Part shown: positions 9,041 through 15,827 of the stretch, piece after piece
Position numbering within the stretch: position 1 is the stretch's first letter
How the letters are laid out: each line of letters opens with the position of its first letter
Assembly (NCBI GenBank): GCA_949282135.1
Contig: CASDOR010000021.1
Location: 12,881 to 76,880, forward strand
DNA length: 64,000 bases
Origin: an uncultured Christensenella sp.
GTDB lineage: Bacteria; Bacillota; Clostridia; Christensenellales; UBA1242
Direction of reading: 5' to 3'
Notes under the pieces: generated by a model
Told to the model about the DNA's origin: nothing
Seen by the model: the letters and a program-made list of their open reading frames with translations, nothing else
Database searches by the model: none
Position numbers and translations under genes: made by a program

Positions 9041-9069
9041 ATTCTAACACAGGTTTTTTACAATTTCAA
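9041..9069 (-). promoter_or_regulatory. Promoter of the paralog operon (extended -10)
   Basis: Minus strand reads TTGAAA, a 17-nt spacer, then TAGAAT, with TGT immediately before the -10. Confidence 0.55.
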
Positions 9070-9260
9070 GATACAACTTTTTAAAATTATTTGGTACTTA
9101 TGCATAAATAAATTAATGCAAACTCATATAATAATTTTGCCATAAAAGAAACTATGCCTTTATAAATTATTCTAATAATTTTATTCTAAAAATTATAAGC
9201 TTTAATACTTTTGTAAACAACTATTTGCAATAAATTAAGGTTAGTAAATTTTTTATTATT

Positions 9261-9296
9261 AAAAAATTAAAACCAATAGATAATTTCTATTGGTTT
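9261..9296 (-). terminator. Intrinsic terminator
   Basis: 11-bp stem AAACCAATAGA / TCTATTGGTTT with a 5-nt loop. On the minus strand it is followed by TTAATTTTTT. Confidence 0.6.
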
Positions 9297-9435
9297 ACAT
9301 TTTACAAATTCTATTTATCCTTTTTGAGCTTTATGCCACAGCCCCAAGAATTGCCAAAGCAATTAAGAAGCAAACTAGGAATGATAAACCTAAAGTCACA
9401 ACCGATACAAGCACCTTAAGCCAAATATTTTTTAA

Positions 9436-9816
9436 CTATTTTAAAATAATTAGATTCAAAAAGCTAAATACAGCACTAATTAGTCCTCCTACAAAGCCAC
9501 CAACAATAGGTACAATTTCACAAAGAGCAACCGAGTTTCCCCAAATTAGAATCAAAATAAATGGAAGAAATGATAATACATATTCATACCACTTTAGCCC
9601 TTGAGACAAAACAATGGTATCAGAATCTATATTTAGTTTTACACCCGAAAAATAATTCCCAGATAATTTTACCTCTTTACCATCTTCCATTTTAAACGTA
9701 CTTCTATCAACTTTTTCTAAAGCCTTATTTGAAATAGACAAATCCTTTTTCCCTGTCCATGCATTTTCGTTATAAATTATTTCACCATACTTTTCGTCTT
9801 TAATTATTTCTTTCAT
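9436..9816 (-). CDS. Small membrane protein (soluble N-terminal domain plus two C-terminal TM helices)
   Basis: 126-aa ORF with hydrophobic segments YVLSFLPFILILIWG and IVPIVGGFVGGLISAVFSFLNLIIL. It is co-oriented with its neighbours. Confidence 0.7.
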   Translation of the reverse strand: MKEIIKDEKYGEIIYNENAWTGKKDLSISNKALEKVDRSTFKMEDGKEVKLSGNYFSGVKLNIDSDTIVLSQGLKWYEYVLSFLPFILILIWGNSVALCEIVPIVGGFVGGLISAVFSFLNLIILK

Positions 9817-9883
9817 CTCTAACCTTAATTTATATTACATATATATTACAATAATTTTACAAATATATCATGCAAATTTAAAA

Positions 9884-10870
9884 TTAACTTTTTCTCGTTT
9901 TTCTTCTTTCAAAGCGAACAAACATGTATGCCACAATAATTCCAAGTAAAAAAACAACAGCACCTATAATCAAATCCCGAATTATATATCCGCCTTGAGC
10001 CCAAGACTCATAAATCGCCACCACCTCAGGATTAAAAAACATTGTAAGTATAGAGCCAAGAGATAATCCTACTATAGTACTAAAAGTTGAAACCCTATAT
10101 TTATTTAACATATAATTTAAACTCTTTGATACCACAAATAAACCAATTACAAACCCAACAAGTAAACATCCATATACTAAAAATATCATAGGATTTTCTT
10201 TAAAATAGTCAATGCTTACCGAATTCATAAGAGGAGTAAAACATCCTATTGACATGAGTAGCGCAGTCGCACTAAGTCCCGGCACGAGTTGAGTCATTGC
10301 AATTAAAAACCCAATAGCAAGAAAGAATATGTAATGATAAAACTGCAAATTTGATAAGTCTAAACTATTTACATTAACAAACACCGACACTAAGGAAACA
10401 GCTATTGGAATTAAAAGTCCAATAATAAATAAAGCTATATTTTTTGCTGTTAATTTGTTTCCTTTAACCTCGTCAACAACGGCCGGAAAGGCCCCAAACA
10501 TTAATCCTGCAAACAAACAAATAACAATGAAAGGTAAAATATTTAATAATGCTCTAACTCCAAAAAAACCTATTACAAAACCTATTAAAGCCCCAATTAA
10601 AATGGGAAGCAAAAATCTCACACACTTTTTAAATTGTTTAAAAATGCTTGAAATTGCGTAAAGCAATTTTTCATACATTTTAAAAATAATTGCAACCGCT
10701 GATCCACTAACTCCAGGCACAATAATGGCCAGTCCTATAAAAAAACCTAAAGCCCCACCCTTTATGACTTGTTGACCATTTGCGTAAGATAAGTCAACTA
10801 CATCCTGATTACTAACTTCTTCTTTTTTCTTATCTGGTTCAATTTGATAAGTCATTTCTTTTTCTTCCAT
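9884..10870 (-). CDS. DUF368-family polytopic membrane protein (family linked to undecaprenyl-phosphate recycling)
   Basis: Contains the PGVSGS motif and many TM helices. The start is moved to MEEKEMTYQ (ATG 10868-10870) because a consensus promoter lies inside the longer ORF-track N-terminus. Confidence 0.7.
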   Translation of the reverse strand: MEEKEMTYQIEPDKKKEEVSNQDVVDLSYANGQQVIKGGALGFFIGLAIIVPGVSGSAVAIIFKMYEKLLYAISSIFKQFKKCVRFLLPILIGALIGFVIGFFGVRALLNILPFIVICLFAGLMFGAFPAVVDEVKGNKLTAKNIALFIIGLLIPIAVSLVSVFVNVNSLDLSNLQFYHYIFFLAIGFLIAMTQLVPGLSATALLMSIGCFTPLMNSVSIDYFKENPMIFLVYGCLLVGFVIGLFVVSKSLNYMLNKYRVSTFSTIVGLSLGSILTMFFNPEVVAIYESWAQGGYIIRDLIIGAVVFLLGIIVAYMFVRFERRKTRKS

Positions 10871-10885
10871 AATTTTTCCTAAATT

Positions 10886-10914
10886 ATTATAAAATAATAT
10901 AAAGAACATGTCAA
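10886..10914 (-). promoter_or_regulatory. Consensus sigma-A promoter of the DUF368 gene
   Basis: Minus strand reads TTGACA, a 17-nt spacer, then TATAAT. The -10 ends 15 nt upstream of the ATG at 10870, so the leader is very short. Confidence 0.7.
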
Positions 10915-11048
10915 AAAAATAACTACTATATAAAAAACTCTTACTAAAATATTCTAATTTTACCTTCATAATAAGCTTGAGCTTTATACTCAGAAAATAA
11001 AAATTACATCTAAATGCAAATTATTTTTTGCACCACTATAATTCCAAT

Positions 11049-11070
11049 AAAAAAAGCCCTATATTAGGGC
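11049..11070 (-). terminator. Intrinsic terminator of the sRNA-like unit (also reachable by XRE read-through)
   Basis: Minus strand GCCCTAATATAGGGC followed by TTTTTTT. Confidence 0.7.
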
Positions 11071-11173
11071 AAAAATAGGAATATATCTTTTAGGACTCTT
11101 TTTTGATAAAGAGCAGAGTGTTGGGATTTTTTAAGAATATATCCTATGTATGTGAATAATATTTATTATTCAC
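11049..11173 (-). ncRNA. Candidate ~125-nt small RNA (orphan promoter-to-terminator unit, no ORF)
   Basis: It is bounded by a promoter at 11180-11208 and an intrinsic terminator (GCCCTA-ATA-TAGGGC plus T7, 11049-11070). Predicted elements: a 5' 10-bp hairpin GTGAATAATA/TATTATTCAC, a long-range helix AUAGGAUAUAU / AUAUAUUCCUAU, and an internal hairpin CUCUUU/AAAGAG. There is no ATG or SD in the transcript. Confidence 0.45.
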
Positions 11174-11179
11174 GCAGTA

Positions 11180-11208
11180 ATTCTACATAATAAAAAATTA
11201 TAAGTCAA
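11180..11208 (-). promoter_or_regulatory. sigma-A-type promoter of the sRNA-like unit
   Basis: Minus strand reads TTGACT, a 17-nt spacer, then TAGAAT. The predicted TSS at about 11173 coincides with the first base of the palindrome. Confidence 0.55.
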
Positions 11209-11210
11209 GT

Positions 11211-11244
11211 AATTTTTACAAAATTATTAAATTTTTACAAAAAT
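11211..11244. promoter_or_regulatory. Two adjacent AT-rich palindromic sites (operator-like or UP-like)
   Basis: AATTTT-TAC-AAAATT (11211-11225) and ATTTTT-AC-AAAAAT (11231-11244). Both share the 13-mer AATTTTTACAAAA, 19 bp apart, immediately upstream of the -35. Confidence 0.3.
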
Positions 11245-11314
11245 ATTTTCTTCGCACTTTAAAATGTTTACTGAGTTAGGCTAAAGACTAAATTTATTAG
11301 CTATTTAAAATGAG

Positions 11315-11812
11315 TCAACTAAGCATTTGTATGATGAACATTATAATTACTACTAGTACAATAAAGTAAGCAATAACTTTTGATAATACAAATTTTACTT
11401 TATTATGTTCTCTTTCTATTCTTTTATATTTTGCGAGAGAAAAATAACTAAAAAAAATATACAGCAAGACCCCAGCAACACTACCTATTGCAAAATATTT
11501 TATTTCCAAAAAATAAACAAGCAAAGTAAAAATGACCGCTATAAAAAAGCAACCTATCGCAACAAAATAAAATATTTTTGCTCGTTTTAACTCTATTAAT
11601 TTTTGATTTTCAATATCTTCCTCACTCATAAGCTCATCTATGCTGACATTAAAAGTTTTACTTATAAGTCTTAAGCTATCAATACTAGGATACCCTTTAT
11701 CATTTTCCCATTTAGAAATAGCTGTACGAGTTACATATAAAAGTCTAGCTAGCTCTTCTTGAGTAAGAGAATTTTCCTTTCGTATTCTTTTTAATTTTTC
11801 ACTAAATTTCAT
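11315..11812 (-). CDS. XRE-family HTH regulator with C-terminal transmembrane segments
   Basis: MKFSEKLKRIRKENSLTQEELARLLYVTRTAISKWENDKGYPSIDSLRLISKTFNVSIDELM is a classic XRE HTH. About 4 hydrophobic helices follow. The ATG at 11810-11812 is preceded by GAGGAAAAA. Confidence 0.85.
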   Translation of the reverse strand: MKFSEKLKRIRKENSLTQEELARLLYVTRTAISKWENDKGYPSIDSLRLISKTFNVSIDELMSEEDIENQKLIELKRAKIFYFVAIGCFFIAVIFTLLVYFLEIKYFAIGSVAGVLLYIFFSYFSLAKYKRIEREHNKVKFVLSKVIAYFIVLVVIIMFIIQMLS

Positions 11813-11928
11813 TTTTTCCTCCACACTAATATTACTATAGAATAAATAAAAAGACACGACACTTTTAGTCACATTACATAAAAAGGTTAATTATTAAATA
11901 GATTTTATACACATTTATTTAAATTTTG

Positions 11929-11957
11929 TTGATAACTTATTCTAAAGAGGGTATAAT
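11929..11957 (+). promoter_or_regulatory. Promoter of the SDR gene
   Basis: Reads TTGATA, a 17-nt spacer, then TATAAT. Confidence 0.6.
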
Positions 11958-11976
11958 TTTCAAGGAGGCGATAAAT

Positions 11977-13008
11977 ATGACTAACTATGTTATAACTGGA
12001 GCTACTGGTCACCTAGGAAATGTAGTAGTAAAAATGTTAGTAGAAAAAAACAAAAAAGTCAAAGTCCTTTTGCTGCCGGAAGAAGACCTTAGTCCAATAA
12101 AAGACCTTGACATTGAAATAGAATATGGAGATGTAAGAGATAAAGAATTTTTATCAAAAAACATAAATAGCGGAGATATCGTTATACACATGGCAGGCAT
12201 AATTGATGTTTCTAGCAAAAAAAATAACCTACTTAGAGATGTAAACATAAACGGAACAAAAAATGTAGCAGACGTATGTTTAGAAAAAGGTGCAAAATTA
12301 GTTTATACAAGTTCTGTTCACACAATACCTGCTAGTGAAAAAGAATTTGTTCTTCTTAAAGAGCCTACTGAGTTTGACGAAAATAAGATTGTAGGCGCAT
12401 ATGCAAAAAGCAAAACGGTAGCTACAAAATATGTTTTTGATAAATGTAAAGAAGGATTACAAGCGGTAGTTGTGTATCCTTCTGGAATAATAGGCCCTTA
12501 TGATTATAAGATTAGTGACATAGCACAAGTTATTATTGATCATATTAACGGAAAATTACTAGCTTATGTCAAGGGGGGCTACAACTTTGTGGATGTTAGA
12601 GATGTTGCAAAAGGGGTAATTCTAGCTACATCAAAAGGAGAGATTGGCGAAGGTTACATTTTAAGTGGCGAAATGTGTTCAGTTAGAAGACTACTTGAGA
12701 TAATAAATAAACGAATTGGTAGAAAAAAACTACCTCCTAAACTAGCACTTTGGTTTGCAAAGGCTTTTGCACTCCTAAGCGAGGCATATTACAAAATAAG
12801 ACATAAGAAACCATCATTTAGTGCGTATTCCCTAAAAACACTGAATGTAAATTGTAACTTTGACAACACAAAGGCAAAAGAAAAATTAGGCTTTTCGCCA
12901 AGGCCTGTAGAAGAAACTATTTTTGATACTGTTGATTGGCTTATTGAAAATAAAAAAGAATTAATTAAGGAATCTAAATTAGAAAACTATAAAAAAATAA
13001 AAGGTTAA
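11977..13008 (+). CDS. NAD(P)-dependent epimerase/dehydratase-family SDR (dihydroflavonol-reductase-like)
   Basis: Contains ITGATGHLGN (GxxGxxG) and YAKSK (YxxxK). The ATG at 11977 is preceded by AAGGAGG. Confidence 0.8.
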   Translation: MTNYVITGATGHLGNVVVKMLVEKNKKVKVLLLPEEDLSPIKDLDIEIEYGDVRDKEFLSKNINSGDIVIHMAGIIDVSSKKNNLLRDVNINGTKNVADVCLEKGAKLVYTSSVHTIPASEKEFVLLKEPTEFDENKIVGAYAKSKTVATKYVFDKCKEGLQAVVVYPSGIIGPYDYKISDIAQVIIDHINGKLLAYVKGGYNFVDVRDVAKGVILATSKGEIGEGYILSGEMCSVRRLLEIINKRIGRKKLPPKLALWFAKAFALLSEAYYKIRHKKPSFSAYSLKTLNVNCNFDNTKAKEKLGFSPRPVEETIFDTVDWLIENKKELIKESKLENYKKIKG

Positions 13009-13027
13009 GTATTTTTTCTTAACCTTT

Positions 13028-13963
13028 TTATTTTCCAAAGTCAATCTCAATTTTGCTTCCGTCTAGATTATCTATTATCACCAAAGTAAACCTAGCTAAA
13101 CTATCACAGTTAATAGTAAGAATATTATTATGTTCTTTAACGCCAACATTATCTCCAAGCACACTAAACGTGAAATCTGAATAATTATTACCACTTTTAC
13201 AAATTGTTACTATGTAAATTATTGAATTGTTTTCAAGAACTCTATTCTTTATATAACAAATAAGAGCGTTTTTATCTACAATTTGATCTAAATTCCAATT
13301 ACCATCTTCATTTTCAGAATTGTCTTCTTTATTGCCCTCTTCTTTATTGCCCTCTTGAATCACATCCTCTTCTTCGTCACCACTTTCAGAATTATTTTCG
13401 TCTTCATTATTAATATTATCATCTTTAATATCTTCACCATTATCTTCTTGTGAGTTACCATCTCCTACATTAGGTGTATCTAAGTCTGGTGAGGAATCTT
13501 CCGAATTTTCAGAGTTATCCTTGTTTTCCTCTTCACCAGTTTCAGAAGGTGGAAAATCAGGCTCTTCATTTTTGTCCCCTGTTTCTTGCCCTTCGTTTGT
13601 ATTCTCATTGCCACTATCTATATCTTTTACATTTACTATAAGACTACTTGAAACTTTGTCTATGCCACTATCAAATGTAATTGTTATAACTGTTGAACCT
13701 TTAGATACCCCAGCAATTATATTTTCTTCTACGCTTACAACACCACTATCTTCAGATTTTATTGTGTAGTTGTCGAGATTAGAAAAATTAGTCTTAAATT
13801 TTAAATCAAAAATATTAATACTTTGTCCAACATTAATATTAACAACATCACTTTCAAAATAAAAATAATTTGTCTTGCTACAAGCAGAGCTAAAAGAGCA
13901 AAATATACATAACAAAACACAAATTATAAGATTTTTCTTTAGTAACATTTTCATTTTTATCAC
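13028..13963 (-). CDS. Lipoprotein with an Ig-like (Big_2-like) domain and an acidic low-complexity linker
   Basis: The signal peptide ends in the lipobox-like FSSAC. GVSKGSTVITITF resembles a Big_2 strand. A long D/E/N/S/G-rich region follows. Confidence 0.65.
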   Translation of the reverse strand: MIKMKMLLKKNLIICVLLCIFCSFSSACSKTNYFYFESDVVNINVGQSINIFDLKFKTNFSNLDNYTIKSEDSGVVSVEENIIAGVSKGSTVITITFDSGIDKVSSSLIVNVKDIDSGNENTNEGQETGDKNEEPDFPPSETGEEENKDNSENSEDSSPDLDTPNVGDGNSQEDNGEDIKDDNINNEDENNSESGDEEEDVIQEGNKEEGNKEDNSENEDGNWNLDQIVDKNALICYIKNRVLENNSIIYIVTICKSGNNYSDFTFSVLGDNVGVKEHNNILTINCDSLARFTLVIIDNLDGSKIEIDFGK

Positions 13964-14148
13964 TTCCCTAGTCCAAAAAATTCGTCAAAAATCGACATTA
14001 AGATTCATAAAAAAGTTGTTTTAGTAAAAGCATAAAAGCATTCAAATAAGGCTTTAAAAAATATACTCATTTTTTAAACCTAAAACAGAATACAATCTCA
14101 GAAGTTAAATAAAGACGAAGAAATAAACAAAATTTTACTTCCAAAGGC

Positions 14149-15816
14149 TTATATTTCTCCTAAAACAATCTTTATACTCCCTAAACTGTTAATACAAAGC
14201 TTTCCTCTTCCCAAAAATTCCGCAGAAGTAGTAGGTTTTTCATAGCCAATTCTATACTGACTAGAATAAATCGAATACTTATCATCATTTAGCTCATAAT
14301 CTAAGTCCGTCTCAGCAACTCGCCCTGCTGGGACAGAATTAAACTCTGCGTCTTTTGAGCAAAAAAGCCTAAAAATCAAATCATCAGAAATTCCAATCAA
14401 AGTAACATTAACATTTTTATTACCAGCATTAATTAGATTTTCAAAAATATAATCTTCTTGTTTGCTAATCGCGGTAAAAGAAATATTTATATCATTATTT
14501 GAATTTGTTCCCAATACCTCAAGATTAATTCTAGCACTAATATTTGAAAGATTTACACCCCCATCACGAGTAAAAATACCAACCATTGTGTCTTCCATTG
14601 AAAAAGGATAACTATTGTACATTATATCAATTTGTCCGGTGTCTGAATAAGCATATATACTACTTGTAACGTCAATATTTTTTGCACTAATATTTCCACT
14701 TGTGCTTGAAAAAGAAGTTTTTCCTTTGAGAGTCCCAATCGTAACATTTCCACTTCCAACTTGAAACATGTTGTTTGAAGTCGTTTCATTTTTAAGTGCG
14801 GAAATATTAACATTATTCGAAACATCGTTCCCTTGCGAGATTAGAGATACGAAGCCATAAACATTATTTGCATTAAAGCTAGCATTTTTTAAATTCAAAA
14901 GCACTTCACTTTGCAAGACTTCACTACCAATTTGTCCAAAATTAAAGGTCCCATTTTGACTTTCAACTTCAAGATTTGCTTGCAAACTATTTATATATAT
15001 ACTTGGATTTCCGCTTGCTCTAATTTTAAGCCCATTAGTTAAGTATAAAGCGGCATCACTATTTTCATTAGTATAGTTAAATCTTCCTGAATTAGTGGTA
15101 AAAGTCATACTATCTGCAACTAAAGTATCAGGATAGGAAAAACTAACAGTACCATTAACAGTTTCAAAATTATAATTCCTAATTTGAGTGTTACCACTTG
15201 GTATAGACGTTGTATTGTTTATAGTAATACTGCCATGCTCTTTAGTACTTAAGTACAACTCTGACACACTGATATAAAAACTTTCTTTCTCCTCATTTGT
15301 CAATAAAGCATCATAAGTAACATTTCCTGTATTAGAATTTGCATAAACTATATTAAAATTGAAATTTGTAGGCAAAAGTACCGTTATAGTAGAGTTTGAC
15401 TTAATCGTATACCCACTAGGCTCAGTAATGTCTACAACTAAAGCCTTATGTTCCCCTTGGTTCTCAGAAAAAAGCTCAGTGCTATAATCTACTTTCAATG
15501 AATAATCTGAAGTAATTGATCTAGTAATCCCTGACACATTTTGATTGTATAATATCTTAACTTCTTCAGTCTGACTATTTGGTCTAATATTAACATTACC
15601 GTTATTTGTCACTATTTTAAAGGAATGTACATTTTGTACCGACAGGTCGGTCACTTCAATACTTTTCTCAGTAGAGTTGGTAAGCCTAACATATTCATAT
15701 CCAAGTATTTCTGTGCCCGGAGAAAAGAAAAGTATAGCAAAACAAATTAATACGATGGTCAAAAATATACCAAGAATTACAAATAAATATATAAAAAACT
15801 TCTTAACTCCGCTCAT
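14149..15816 (-). CDS. Membrane-anchored beta-strand-repeat protein (DUF4097/adhesin-like)
   Basis: N-terminal TM helix FIYLFVILGIFLTIVLICFAILFF. Repeated N-G/S-x-V/I-x strand motifs run through the rest of the protein. Confidence 0.4.
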   Translation of the reverse strand: MSGVKKFFIYLFVILGIFLTIVLICFAILFFSPGTEILGYEYVRLTNSTEKSIEVTDLSVQNVHSFKIVTNNGNVNIRPNSQTEEVKILYNQNVSGITRSITSDYSLKVDYSTELFSENQGEHKALVVDITEPSGYTIKSNSTITVLLPTNFNFNIVYANSNTGNVTYDALLTNEEKESFYISVSELYLSTKEHGSITINNTTSIPSGNTQIRNYNFETVNGTVSFSYPDTLVADSMTFTTNSGRFNYTNENSDAALYLTNGLKIRASGNPSIYINSLQANLEVESQNGTFNFGQIGSEVLQSEVLLNLKNASFNANNVYGFVSLISQGNDVSNNVNISALKNETTSNNMFQVGSGNVTIGTLKGKTSFSSTSGNISAKNIDVTSSIYAYSDTGQIDIMYNSYPFSMEDTMVGIFTRDGGVNLSNISARINLEVLGTNSNNDINISFTAISKQEDYIFENLINAGNKNVNVTLIGISDDLIFRLFCSKDAEFNSVPAGRVAETDLDYELNDDKYSIYSSQYRIGYEKPTTSAEFLGRGKLCINSLGSIKIVLGEI

Positions 15817-15827
15817 ACCTACTCCTT

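Noticed and set aside
9290-9604. 104-aa plus-strand ORF overlapping the 9436-9816 minus-strand gene
   Set aside because: It starts inside a terminator hairpin and has no SD. Its sequence looks like the antisense shadow of TM-helix codons. The minus-strand ORF has sensible membrane topology and matches the local gene orientation.
10871-10969. N-terminal 33-codon extension of the DUF368 ORF (MKVKLEYFSKSF...). Similar ORF-track extensions occur at 11813-11872, 11926-11976, 44143-44157, 47229-47243, 53148-53216 and 57254-57274.
   Set aside because: In each case an internal ATG with a strong SD fits the protein-family N-terminus. For DUF368 there is also a consensus promoter inside the extension. 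The extensions begin at non-ATG or unsupported codons.
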